A stretch of DNA of 63,432 bases, filler included, from Octopus bimaculoides (GCF_001194135.2; 8 parts of 8 records of this genome joined end to end with filler, not necessarily neighbours in it); one strand, 5' to 3'. Counted from the first letter of the whole stretch, positions 12,840 to 26,945 are shown. A program made the numbers and translations. Notes: generated by a model not told the origin, from the letters alone.

Positions 12840-12840
<1 letters not shown>
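12636..12840 (-). mobile_element. tRNA-derived SINE, family B
   Basis: Reverse complement of GGCGAGCTGGCAGAATCGTTAGCA...GAGTTCAAATCCGC...GGTCGAT; other copies at 8442-8581(-), 9291-9440(+), 53836-53960(-) and 59804-59858(-). Confidence 0.85.
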
Positions 12841-12884
<44 letters not shown>

Positions 12885-12899
12885 NNNNNNNNNNCATAA

Positions 12900-12956
<57 letters not shown>

Positions 12957-13578
12957 TAAAAATTGGGGGGAATCTAAAAACAGAAACAATTCCTATCATA
13001 GTAGGTGCCTTAGGTATAATAAAAAAAATATTCAGACAAATACATAACAAAAACACCAAGACTTACAAATATATATAACATACAGAAAATTGCACTACTG
13101 GGCACTACNNNNNNNNNNNNNNNNNNNNNNNNNNNNNNNNNNNNNNNNNNNNNNNNNNNNNNNNNNNNNNNNNNNNNNNNNNNNNNNNNNNNNNNNNNNN
13201 NNNNNNNNNNNNNNNNNNNNNNNNNNNNNNNNNNNNNNNNNNNNNNNNNNNNNNNNNNNNNNNNNNNNNNNNNNNNNNNNNNNNNNNNNNNNNNNNNNNN
13301 NNNNNNNNNNNNNNNNNNNNNNNNNNNNNNNNNNNNNNNNNNNNNNNNNNNNNNNNNNNNNNNNNNNNNNNNNNNNNNNNNNNNNNNNNNNNNNNNNNNN
13401 NNNNNNNNNNNNNNNNNNNNNNNNNNNNNNNNNNNNNNNNNNNNNNNNNNNNNNNNNNNNNNNNNNNNNNNNNNNNNNNNNNNNNNNNNNNNNNNNNNNN
13501 NNNNNNNNNNNNNNNNNNNNNNNNNNNNNNNNNNNNNNNNNNNNNNNNNNNNNNNNNNNNNNNNNNNNNNNNNNNNNN

Positions 13579-13620
<42 letters not shown>

Positions 13621-14591
13621 TGTGTTCAGTTCTTTTATTATTTACAAGTATTTGACGAAATTTGTTTTCCGTTTCAGTTGGTGAGAAGTGTTTAATGTAA
13701 TATGTTTACTTAATGTATAAATCTTTTATATCCTTTCTGTTTCTTAACCATTCCGTTAATTTCTTATAGATATATTCAGTACTGTATATTGAAATATTCA
13801 CATTCTTCTAGAAGCGCTCTCTTTCTCTCTTACACACACACACATGTAATGGTTTACATACGCACATACATATACTCACTGATAAACCGATAATTAGCTC
13901 ACTAAAGCACAAAACACACATGCACATCTCTGTATACATGTGTGCATATATACATATGTATGTATATATATATATGTATATGTATATATAGATATACACA
14001 TACACACACACACACACACGCATATATATGTATATGTATATGAGCATGTATGTATAATATAATCCTGGCTGTCACCTCATGCTGGATCCTAGCTCTAATG
14101 CACTGTTCCAAAATCAAAAGGAGATTCGTGAGACTTCAATAGATATAAATGGGAGCGCGACACAACTCAAAAGCAAGACCCATTAGTCATTAAATTATAC
14201 GCCCTGCATAATGAGTTATGAAAGTAATAAGTTAAAAGTGGAAAGAAGTCAAACTGACATTACAATTGTTTCCGTAACAGACAATATTTTCGTTCCATCC
14301 CCTATACAATATTATGCAATTCATGCAATGTTATGTAATTCATGTCATAATATATGAAAATGTGTAATATTCCTATAATCCATCACTTTCTCAGATGCCA
14401 TGATTTGAAGGTACCATCGACCAACTGAATATATTACATGCGTTACATAACATTGTATTCGGTATGGAATTTAAAATATTGTCAGTTAACGGAAACAATT
14501 GTAACATCAATTACACTTTTTCTTTCCTATTTTAAAAATATATATATACATTCACACACACATACACTCATACTTGTGTGCGCCTGTGTGT

Positions 14592-14659
<68 letters not shown>

Positions 14660-14801
14660 ATGAACACACACACACACACTCATAGTTGTGGGTATGTTAA
14701 AGAAACTGAATTCTGGCAATTTTTCACCCTCAAAAACAGAATCATGTACAAACTTTTGTTTGTATAACATACATATAAGTGTGCGTCATTGTGTGTGTAC
14801 A

Positions 14802-15928
14802 TACAGGGTTTGTCCAAGATAATGAAAGCACCACCTTATATCGAACTATTTATTCGATTGGCAATATGACAAATTCACAAATTCACAAATTCACAGCTAT
14901 TTTAGTCTTTATATATGCGTTCATATGCATTATGGGTATAGTTTCAGCCGCTAAAATTGCTGAATTTGTCAAAGTTTCAATAGATACATTCTCTAAGATC
15001 ATGTTGGTATTCAACAACCAAGGTAAAACCAGCTCTGTCATTCAGAATTTTGGACGGAAGCAAAGTTCAAGGGCCGCAGAATAGGAAAATGCTTTGTCCC
15101 TAGGAAAAAAATTGAACTACGGCAGTAAAATTGACGGTAGCGCTAAATGAACGACCTTGCCAAATCTGTATGAACAAAAACCGTTCCTTTTGAGTTCCAT
15201 GGAAAGGCTTCAATAGCTAAACTTCTTGTGCTAAACCTGCTCCCTGATAAGCGGGAGAAATGGTGACTAAACTATGAATGGAACAATGTCATTTTTCTGA
15301 TTAATTATCATTGCGTTTTTCTTACCTCAGCGCGAGTTTATGTCTGGAGCCAATCCAGAGAAACATTCAAGCCTGATTGTTTAGCATCTACCATGAAGCA
15401 TGGAAGAGGCTCTATGATTACTCGTGCAGACATATCACGTATTTTACTTTGCCCTTTTGTTGTTCTAAAATGCAAGTGCTAACTATAAAGATTATCTGAG
15501 TATTTTGGTTAATCAGGTCGATCCTAACGTACACTCTTCTCTGATAGTAGCTCAATTTTCCAAACCGATAAAGCATCAATTGAAACGACTAATGCTATTC
15601 AAAATTTGTTGTGTGAATTAGTAAGAACACAGAAAGTGAAGTAGACCACTTGGATAGGCTTCCGCAATCATCGGATCTCAATAAAATCAAGCATTTATGG
15701 TGCATTTTGGAGCAGCAAGTGAGGAGCTGCTTCCTTCCGCCATTGTCACTAAAAGAGCTAAGACAGGATTTACTTGAAGAATACCTTAAAATTCCCCTTA
15801 CAATCGCTCAGAAAATATAAGAGTCAATTCCTTAAAGCTGTGATTGATGCTGAAGGTGGACCAGGTTCGAATTAAATAATAAAATTCCATTTAACAAGAC
15901 ATTTTCATTATTTTGTCCATTCCCTGTA
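14802..15928 (+). mobile_element. Degenerate Tc1-family transposon with both TIRs and TA flanks
   Basis: Left TACAGGGTTTGTCCAAGATAATGAAA versus right reverse complement TACAGGGAATGGACAAAATAATGAAA; relic motifs TMKHGRGSM and PQSSDLNKIKHLW. Confidence 0.85.
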
Positions 15929-16049
15929 TATTCATACACGCATACATATATACATACATACTTATATATATGTGCATGTGTGGATGTATGTGTGCGTGTA
16001 TAATGTGTTCCTATAATTATTTGCACAGTTTAACAACTGATAACTCATT

Positions 16050-16425
16050 TTTCATTTCTTTTTTATTTTAACCCACTAGAAGTAACGAAGAGATCCACGC
16101 TAAGTTTTCAATGAAACAATCTTAAGAGTTTCCGAAAATTTGAAGAAGTTGAAGTGCAAGGTAGTTAGTTGAGGAGGGGATTTCTAGCCGATTCATTTAC
16201 ACAACTTGCCATTGAAATAGAGATAATTTTTAAGTAAATGGAACTATTCAGAATATTCACAAGAAACGTTCTGGAAGACCACAGGCATCGATGAAAACTC
16301 ATAAAGCAAGAAACTGTGCAAGAAACTTATTGCAATTGAGTCGTAAGACAGGAATTTCAAAATCAAGAAAAGTTACATACAAACATACATACATACATAC
16401 ATACATACATACATACATACATACA

Positions 16426-16459
<34 letters not shown>

Positions 16460-17497
16460 CACGCATGCTCTGAATGAGGATGATCGAGACCGAGGAGTTG
16501 CGTTTTGCGAGTGGTACTTTGCAAAATGTATAGATGAACACTTTCCAAAACAGAATTCTTAGCGTAATGCGTCTATATTTAGATTAAATTACTCAATTAC
16601 GGTCACAATCACTGGTTCGGGAATGAAATTTGCCCTAAAGACTGTAAACCCAGATCCAAACATTTTTACAAGCAAGGTCTTATTGTTTTCTTTATTTATT
16701 TTAGTTCTTTGTTCTTTGAGAAGAAACCAAACTTCAAGCTACTTTTTGCAGATCACATTTTATTCGTATATAAAACTGAGAAAACTAAATCAGTATGCAA
16801 ATTTTAATTTTGCACCCCACAATAATTTTAGTGGGTGCACTTTCTCCCTCTGCTCCTGAACCCATGGTCACAATTGTACCTACTGGTGCCCCGAGAACCT
16901 GTATATTACGGAACAACATCATGTTGACCCCCCATACTATTCCCAAGGGTTACAGTATTGTGTGCCTTGTCATTAAAACGACTAATTATGGTCCTATATG
17001 CTTGAATTTGCAGCAACAATCTTTCATGCCAAGTATTCAAAAGGAGTTCGAAGATGCAGAGTTTTATTTCCAGCGAGGTGGGGCTGCCCTACACAGTCAG
17101 AGTAATGTAAGAGCCTATCTTATTGAGATTTTGCCAAAAGAGGTGGACTGAACGAAGTGGTAGATCGAACGAACTCTCTGTCTTGCCCAGACCTCACAGC
17201 ACTATTTTTTTTTTATTTGGATACTTAAAAGACGAATTTACGGTTACAAAACGAACAATACTCATCGAATTGAAGACAACCATTGAACGAGAATGCTCAC
17301 AAATACCGAATAATTCTTTCATGATGTTTGAGATTTCATTGCTTCCAGCTGCCAGCAGCACCTGGCCCAGAACAATGATCAGTTTGAAAATTCTGTGTGT
17401 AAATTCAACTAAATTTTAGAAATTAAATGTATTTCCAAAATCCCTGACTTTGTGATCATCCAATGAGGCTATACGTTTTAAAGGCAACAACCTATAT
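16050..17497 (+). mobile_element. Degenerate Tc1/mariner-superfamily transposon, rosa/DD41D-like, interrupted by (TACA)n and an insertion
   Basis: LNEDDRDRGVAFCEWY, YWCPENLYITE, FYFQRGGAALH, RWTER...PDLT...GYLKD and IERECSQIP; the subfamily call is by motif similarity only. Confidence 0.8.
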
Positions 17498-17514
17498 TAG
17501 ATATATACAATATA

Positions 17515-17675
17515 TACGTCGGGCTTCTTTCACTTTCCGTCTACCGAATCCACTCACAAGGCTTTGGTCTGCCTGAGGCTATAGTAGAAGACACTTGCCC
17601 ATAGTGCCACGCAGTGGGACTGAAACCGGAACCATGTGGATGGTAAGCAAGCTACTTACCACACAGCCACTCCTG
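17515..17675 (-). mobile_element. SINE family A, 5' module
   Basis: Reverse complement matches the 5' half of 10094-10506. Confidence 0.85.
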
Positions 17676-17870
17676 NNNNNNNNNNNNNNNNNNNNNNNNN
17701 NNNNNNNNNNNNNNNNNNNNNNNNNNNNNNNNNNNNNNNNNNNNNNNNNNNNNNNNNNNNNNNNNNNNNNNNNNNNNNNNNNNNNNNNNNNNNNNNNNNN
17801 NNNNNNNNNNNNNNNNNNNNNNNNNNNNNNNNNNATATATATATATATATATTTACATACGTATATATAC

Positions 17871-17920
<50 letters not shown>

Positions 17921-18546
17921 GTGTATATATACATATGTATGTGTGTGGGAGAGAGAGAGAGAAAGTGGCAGACAGAGAGAGAAAAGGTAAGCTCTTTAAT
18001 ATGCATACGGTATTTAAAGCAATTGGAAGTACATATAAAGTACGATATTTTTGCTTATTATTGTTCTTTAGTATGTTTTATACTAAGGAACCAAATATTG
18101 AGAACCATATTTCAGCTTAAGCTTGTAACATGTTCATATACAATTTCCAACTCGCACATATAAAAGAAAAAATATTGGAAAAAGTTTATAAGATGGAAGA
18201 GCTAATGTTTTATAGTAATAACAGTAACAAAAAAAAAATTGTAGAAAAATATAAAAAGCTGTAAGAATTTTGTCACCACGTTGTATATAACTATAAAAAT
18301 GTTAAAGTTCGTTGTTTTATCCTTAATTATATGCTAATATTTACAATGTGGATTATATATAAAAATTAGAAAAAACATAGTACTTCTTGATTTACCATGT
18401 TTATTTATATATTTTTTAGAATTCGAACCGTTTGCGTTCCAGCACACGCAAGCATACTTACGCACATACTGACATGCATATACATCACATTTAGTAAACA
18501 TGAACACACGTATGTGTATATTTGTGTGTATGCATGTAAGTATGTT

Positions 18547-18580
<34 letters not shown>

Positions 18581-18657
18581 TAATAAATTCAAAAAGGTAC
18601 TAAATGTGTTTATTTTGAGAAGTCCAGTGTGTGGCATTATTATTCTGTAGTAATGCC

Positions 18658-18688
<31 letters not shown>

Positions 18689-19398
18689 CCATGTAAGTAC
18701 CTACATTCGCATATACGTTCATACATATACTTTTGTTAATTAGTTGTCAAAGTAAATCAAAACGTCACCTCTTAGACACTGGCTGCACATTGAAGCACAT
18801 CAGCAACGGAGGGTGCTAATGCATGCCATACTCCAGCTGCTGCATTGAACGGTTCACCTGGTGTTTCTAAGATTTAGGAGTCTTGAGTCACTGTGCACCC
18901 TGTTATGCTGGACGATCGACCAGCCCTCAACCCTCTCTAGAAGTACTCATACACACATGCAAGACATAGATTTTACACAAGATCACAAGTGGATGTAAGA
19001 GTTGGTGACAAAAAACACCAGAATAAAGCATTGGACTCTTGCTGGTTAAGGCACATAATTTTTTAAAAATTTTATTTTATGAGTTTTAAAACAAAGTTTT
19101 TTTCTTTCTTTATACTGATAAAAAAATAAAGATGTGAGGAAGAACTAGAAGAAACAATAAAATGTTCGTCATTGTTATCATCACATTCTCCTTTGTGGTA
19201 TTCTTTCTCTTTCTCTTCGCACCTTTAGGTTTTGCAAATGTTGATTCAGTTGTGTAGACTGTTAACATTGTCTTGTTGTTGTTAAAGGTCTTATGTATGC
19301 AGAGTACGATCAAATTTTATTGTTCATTTATGGTATTGCTGTTCAGTTATTGTTCATTTACATTTCAGTCGTTGTTCATTGATCACGTTCACTTTCAA

Positions 19399-20690
19399 TG
19401 CAAGGAGTGCAGAAAAGTTCCTGGCTTTAAGGCTATCGTGAGAGGGTGGAAGTGTTACTTTTTGCAGGAAAGGTGGGACAACTATTTTGGAGAAAATAGG
19501 CAAAAAATTATTAAGTTATACAATTTATCTTTCCTTTTTTTTTTTGCGAATTTAACGCATGAAAGCAGCTCCTACAGTGGATTTTGGTAAAACTGAACCA
19601 GGAGCTGTCATGAAGTTCCTCTTTTTGCGAAGCAATGGAGTGGTGGAAATCTATAGCGAGATGAAGGAAATCTTGAAGGATAACTGCTTATATTAATCTG
19701 CAATAAATATCTGTCTGTCAAGGTTTCAGGCTGGTCATTTTGAGGTCACAGATGAACGCCGGTCAGGGCGGCCAACTTCCGTGACCATAGAGGACAAAAC
19801 CGACGATGTGCACGTCATGATTCTCGAGGACCGTCGGATTTCCGCTAAAAGCATAACCGAGACTCGACTCTGGAGATGATTCGCGAAAGAGTTGGGCAAA
19901 TCATCCTGGATTTGAGAAAGCTTTCTGCAAAATGGGAGCTGAAATGCTTGAACGCAGATCAGAAGCGCATCAGAATGATGACATCAAAGGCGATTTTGTA
20001 CCGGTTTGCTGCGGGAGAGGCTGATTTTATGGCTCGTTCAGTTACCACGGGTGAAATTTAGCTTCATCATTATGATCCCCAAACCAAGCAGCAATCACTG
20101 GAGTGACGCCACAGTGATTCACCGCGCCCCAAGAAGTTATGGACCCAGAAGTGAATTAGAAAGATTCTGGCTTTAGTGTTCTGGGACAAACCCGGAGTAC
20201 TCATAAAATACCTGCCAAAGAGTCGCACCATCAACGCAGAATACTGCATGTCTCTATTGGATGAACTGCGGGAAGCTTTGAAGCAGAAACACCGTGAAAG
20301 GCTGAGCTGTGATATCCTGTGTTTTCAAGACAATGCGCCAACATACACAGTACATGAAACTCTGCGGAAAATACGCGACTTTGGTTTCGAATTGGCAGAC
20401 CTTACTCTCCTGATTTGGCCCCCTCCGATTATCACCTCTTTCCCCGACCGAAGAAACATCTCAAGGGAATGACATTTCACTCCGATTCGGAAGTGATCGC
20501 TGCTACAGAGGCCTGGTTGGAAAACCACCTTCCAAGTTCTTTTTTTTACAGGGCTTTGACAAAAACTGAAGGACTGTTGCAATAAGTGTGTGAATCTGAG
20601 AGGGGAATACATTGAATAAAATCATAATTAACTGAGACTTCTTTTATTTACTTTTACTCAACACCAGGAACTTTTCAGCACCCCGTCGTA
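19399..20690 (+). mobile_element. Full-length (~1.29 kb) degenerate mariner (DD34D) transposon
   Basis: TIRs GGAGTGCAGAAAAGTTCCTGG and reverse complement GGGGTGCTGAAAAGTTCCTGG ending in TA; DERRSGRP, LRKLSAKW, VFWDKPGV, FQDNAP and PYSPDLAPSDYHLFP (frameshifted). Confidence 0.93.
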
Positions 20691-22320
20691 CTTTAATATT
20701 AAATCAAAAGGTATTTAAAAAATATATAGTTAATGATGTATGTACGTATATACAAAATATAAATGTGTATATATATATATATATATGTGTGTTGAAAGAA
20801 TGATTGATGTATTTATAAATACATATGTTCGACTGTTTGTTTATTTAATATAAATTGGCGCACACACATATACACTTGTTATGTAGGAAGAGCAGTATCT
20901 GTGAGCTTGCGTTGTTTTTAAAAAATATATTATATTATATGGAAGAAAATAGTTTGTATGAAATTGTTAATGAGATAAAACACTGAACTTCATGTATGGT
21001 AGTATATAAATTTGTCACTCTCTGTTCTACATCCAAAACTAAGCTGGGATGAAATTTGTATTTATTTATTCTCCATCCCTCTCCCGCCCTCCAAAAACAA
21101 AAAGTCTCAAGATTTCATTCTAGTTGAGGGTACAGTTTATTCTATACATTTTAGCCTTGTGAATTGGCCATAAGAAATATATTCACAGGTAGTAGATGAC
21201 GAATGTCAGTGGTTTAGCAAACTGTATTAGATGAGCAATGGGTGATTTGACAATATCTACTGTTGTCAGTTCGTGTCCTAATTTCAAAATTTCGCGGGCT
21301 ATTATTCATCTTTACCTCCAATCCTAACAGATGAAGATAATATTAAGTATGAGAGTAATCATAACCATACCATTTTTGAAATGTCTGTGTGACCATGTTT
21401 TCAAGCACATGCTAGAATTCCTTATGATTTTTATTTGCAATATATCTTCTTATGCATCAAAAACAAGAATTCCGTGAAATCGGTCGGCAAAATATGTTTC
21501 AGCGACAGTCATGTGTTTGGATAAGTTCGTGTGCTGTTGGAAGAAGAGAAATTTCACGTTTCGGAACTGACCCTTTCTCAGAAGGCTATACGATATACGT
21601 ATAAAATGTTCAACAAATATATTTTTTATAGTTCATTTTAAAGAAAATAAACTAATATAATCTTTACTAAGAAAATAAACTTCTAATTAATTTACAGTTT
21701 TTATATTTCTTTTCTTAGTTTTTAAACGTTAGTATATATATTTTCTTTCGCTTTGGAATTCAGATACTAGATTTTATTCGTTTTCTTTTTTTTTTTTCTG
21801 TTTTTTCTTTTTTCTTTTTTTCTTTTTTGTTTTGCAATTTCACATGCTAACACGACAAATTGGTTCTGTAGAGAAGCTTTCCATCAACAAAATGACAGCG
21901 AGTTTTCAATTCAATTTTTCGTTATGAACTGCAAAGAGAGAAAGAAAAGTTATTTCGTTTCAGTTGGACGGCAATTAGTAAATGGTCATAAATTCTATAT
22001 ATATGCACATACATACATACCAACAATGCATTTATCAACACAGACTTCGAGATATATATATATATAATTCAATGTACACTAATATTGAGTCATTTTTTAT
22101 TCTTACTTAGTACTAACATCACGTCTAATGAATAGGTTCATCCAAATAATCACACATATGTATTTAATGTACGTACGTATATATGTATGTACTCACATAT
22201 GATTTTGAAAAGAAAATGTACATGGTAGGGTTTGTACAACCAGCGTTCTAGTTCCAAACACTGGTAGTACAATGCTGAGTACATTCTCATAAGACTGGAG
22301 AAGACAGACAAATAGGCATG

Positions 22321-22352
<32 letters not shown>

Positions 22353-22374
22353 CATGCATGTATGTATGCAGTTA

Positions 22375-22412
<38 letters not shown>

Positions 22413-22506
22413 GTGATTGAACTGATTCCAAATAAACTGGAGTTGGTCTGTAGTAAAATCGACAAAATGAATGTGTCTGATTGCATGTCTCCACGCGCGC
22501 ACACAA

Positions 22507-22542
<36 letters not shown>

Positions 22543-22596
22543 TCAGATGTTTACACCTGAAGATCACTGTAGTGTGAAACACCAGTCCTGCATGTG

Positions 22597-22714
<118 letters not shown>

Positions 22715-23861
22715 CGCGTGCGCGCATGCGTGTGCACATGCGTGTGTGCGTGTGTGTATGTGCGTGATTGACAGATAGATGTGAAACGAAGAACATACCT
22801 AGGAACAAACAGGTAGGCATATAACAAGATGAAGTTTTAAAATGAAAGGAAAGAGACGATAAGACATAAAGATGACAATAGAAAGGTTCATGTTATTTTA
22901 GTTAATTAGTCTCCAGTACGCTACCTTGATAAGTGCGTTCCAGTTGTGACCATCCCATTTTTTTTTTGTATACTCAGAGAATACATTGCGCAATGTTTCT
23001 TTGTTTATTAATGCATGCATGTCTGTATGTATGTATGTATGTATGTATGAGTGCGCATGCTTATGCATGTTTGATGGGTGGTAAGGTGCCTGCTAGGTTA
23101 ACACACTCATCTATTGAGAGAAAGGTAAGCTATTGTATATGTGACTAGTGGCACACAGACACACTCTCACACAATATTACTCTCCCACTCCTGTCTGCTT
23201 GCTTTCTTTTACCTTGGGGTAATACCAGTCACCGAGGGAGCTCCTACCAGGTTACTCGATTTACTAGAAATAACAGTAAAATCTCCCTCAAATCCTACAC
23301 TAGCATCTTTTAAAAAAAGAACCTTCAATAATGAGATCTTGGGACCTGACATATGAATAAAACGACAGGATGGCCATTGCTAGGATGTCTTTGGTTATAA
23401 CGTGTGCTGAGTAAGGGTTGACCTGAAGCTAAATGCAATATAACCAGCCATCGAAGAAGCTTCTTTATCACCGTTCGACCAGCTTGAAATAGCAACTAAA
23501 TACATCTCTGAAATCTTCACCACGACATATGAATTACATAATTTCGAACTAGCGACCGAACCTGTATGTGGTTATCGCTTTTGCGGTAAATAACTATCAA
23601 AGCCACACCCAGTTGTCATAAAAATAGAACACGTATTTGATAATGTAGTTGTTTCCCGCTCATAGGAAATATATGTGATAGTCACGGTCGGAATGCTTTT
23701 TAATCATAGGACTGCTTTGTGACGGTTGGACTGGGGGTTAAACAACATCCAACGAAGTACTTCACTCGGCTATTCAGTAGCTGTCACAAGACATGTTCAT
23801 TTGCTGTATGTGTCTGACTGCGTGTATGTGCAATGAGTGTGTGTATATATATATGTGTGTG

Positions 23862-23909
<48 letters not shown>

Positions 23910-24384
23910 CGGACGTATGTCTGTGCTGTCTACAGTGTCACTGTCATCGTCACCGTGTTCACTGTCGTTATCGCTTTGTTGTCATTGTTATTTATATTCG
24001 TCGCTTTTCAATGAAATTAGAACGCTGTAAGCCCCAAAACTTTGTATCAACGTATTTCGTGCGTTCTAATTGTGCGAGTGAATGTATTATTGCCGTTGTC
24101 GTTATGGATAAATAAATGCGCAAGAAGTAAAACTTCAAAATCACGAAGCCGCGAGTTCGATTCAAACGCAGGGCAGCTTGGCCGAGTCTCGTCGAGTTTA
24201 GTTTCGGGTCAATTCCAAACAGTTTGGAAGATTATTTTGCAAGTTCGAAAAGCTCTGCGGTAGCTCGTCAAATGGATTCTACTTATAATTAAAAAGGTTA
24301 AATCCTACAATACACTTTATTCCACTGATTTGATTGGAGAGATTACATCAAAGGTAGAGTTAACTGCGGAATATCCAGCCACTT

Positions 24385-24443
<59 letters not shown>

Positions 24444-25577
24444 NNNNNNNNNNNNNNNNNNNNNNNNNNNNNNNNNNNNNNNNNNNNNNNNNNNNNNNNN
24501 NNNNNNNNNNNNNNNNNNNNNNNNNNNNNNNNNNNNNNNNNNNNNNNNNNNNNNNNNNNNNNNNNNNNNNNNNNNNNNNNNNNNNNNNNNNNNNNNNNNN
24601 NNNNNNNNNNNNNNNNNNNNNNNNNNNNNNNNNNNNNNNNNNNNNNNNNNNNNNNNNNNNNNNNNNNNNNNNNNNNNNNNNNNNNNNNNNNNNNNNNNNN
24701 NNNNNNNNNNNNNNNNNNNNNNNNNNNNNNNNNNNNNNNNNNNNNNNNNNNNNNNNNNNNNNNNNNNNNNNNNNNNNNNNNNNNNNNNNNNNNNNNNNNN
24801 NNNNNNNNNNNNNNNNNNNNNNNNNNNNNNNNNNNNNNNNNNNNNNNNNNNNNNNNNNNNNNNNNNNNNNNNNNNNNNNNNNNNNNNNNNNNNNNNNNNN
24901 NNNNNNNNNNNNNNNNNNNNNNNNNNNNNNNNNNNNNNNNNNNNNNNNNNNNNNNNNNNNNNNNNNNNNNNNNNNNNNNNNNNNNNNNNNNNNNNNNNNN
25001 NNNNNNNNNNNNNNNNNNNNNNNNNNNNNNNNNNNNNNNNNNNNNNNNNNNNNNNNNNNNNNNNNNNNNNNNNNNNNNNNNNNNNNNNNNNNNNNNNNNN
25101 NNNNNNNNNNNNNNNNNNNNNNNNNNNNNNNNNNNNNNNNNNNNNNNNNNNNNNNNNNNNNNNNNNNNNNNNNNNNNNNNNNNNNNNNNNNNNNNNNNNN
25201 NNNNNNNNNNNNNNNNNNNNNNNNNNNNNNNNNNNNNNNNNNNNNNNNNNNNNNNNNNNNNNNNNNNNNNNNNNNNNNNNNNNNNNNNNNNNNNNNNNNN
25301 NNNNNNNNNNNNNNNNNNNNNNNNNNNNNNNNNNNNNNNNNNNNNNNNNNNNNTGTAGGCTGAGATGACTATTTTGCGTGAGAGACTAAGTGAAAATCAA
25401 TTCTAAATCGGTATTTGCGGGATTTCAGAATTGCATTACGGCTTATAGACGTAATGATGGTGGACATGTTAGAATATAACAGCTCCAAGAATAAATCTGT
25501 TTAAAACTCCTCTTAACCTTTCCACAAAGAAAATCGAGTGAAACAAATTCAAAATTGCTCAACTCTTGTATGATTAC

Positions 25578-25627
<50 letters not shown>

Positions 25628-25876
25628 CTCTTTCTCACACACACATACACACATATACACACACACACACATACACACACACACAACACACACACAGCAC
25701 ACACACACACTATCTCCCTCTCTCTCGCTCTCACATACACACAGATACTCTCTCATTCTCTATTTATCTTTATACCACTGTCTATCTATATGCAAGTGTT
25801 GCGTGTGTGTGTGAGTATGTATAGTGTCGCCCTAGTTATTCCTGAGTATTGCGCAAAGTACACAAGTGTAGGCATA

Positions 25877-25912
<36 letters not shown>

Positions 25913-25981
25913 AGTATATATATATATATATATATATNNNNNNNNNNNNNNNNNNNNNNNNNNNNNNNNNNNNNNNNNNNN

Positions 25982-25993
25982 TTAATTAATTAA
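25982..25993. other. Assembly gap linker TTAATTAATTAA, not biological; also at 33787, 36805, 53422, 56820, 59748 and 62117
   Basis: Identical 12-mer with stops in all six frames, centred in a ~100-bp N block each time. Confidence 0.95.
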
Positions 25994-26061
25994 NNNNNNN
26001 NNNNNNNNNNNNNNNNNNNNNNNNNNNNNNNNNNNNNATATATATATATATATATATATAT

Positions 26062-26945
26062 ACACGATGTTTATACCGAAGAGTAATGCAAGGTTGGTCA
26101 TAGCTTTTATTTATTTATTGACATAGTTCTTGGAAATCGCATATGTTGACTGAATAACTCTTCAGCTATACAAACGTTCTGCTCAACATAGTCTCTGACG
26201 ATGAACACAACTTTCGAATGAACAAAACTTCGAATCCTCTGTGAAATATTTCTCATCTGTTCTGACTTACTTCTTCACAACCACTATCACTTCGTCTATG
26301 TCATGAAATCGTCGTGTCCGATGACTCTCCTTCTATGGACGAAACATTTGGTAAGACGGACACTGCAAGATCCGGGCTGTACTGTGGATGTAGAAAGCAT
26401 TGGTCGTCCCAGTTTACTGATCGCGTGATTTATCGTCAGATACGTATAGGCCCGCGCATTATCACAATGATTGTGAATTGTTTTCAGATTCTTGTTCGGT
26501 TTCTCCCTCTTAATAGCTTTTCTAACCTACCTTTTAGAATGTCTCAAGGTGGGTCCAGTTGTTCATGGTACACTAATGCTCTGGAAAATCAGTTTGAATT
26601 ACATCTTTGTCACCGCAAAGAAAACAAAATCATCCAGTGTGATTTTCAGTACCGTTCACTATTCTTGAACATCTTAAGCCATTCTGTGGACTAATCTTTA
26701 TTTCCGGACCATTGATGCTCCATATTTCATCCCCTGTCACCAGTTAGAACAAAAAAGTATGTTTGTTTCCATTGGCTTCAAGCGCTTTCAGCAGATCAGC
26801 GCAAACTTCTACCCTTCTGTCTTTCTAACGGGGTATCAGCTGCACACATACTCACTTTGCATACGTATCCATTTGTCAAGTCTTTCACCATCTTCTGTAA
26901 TGTGTTATGATCACTGTCCAGTTATACATCAAGCTCAAAGATTAT
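26062..26945 (-). mobile_element. Degenerate mariner transposon fragment
   Basis: Minus-strand VTGDEIW (26720-26740) and LHPQYSPDLA (~26364-26393). Confidence 0.85.
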
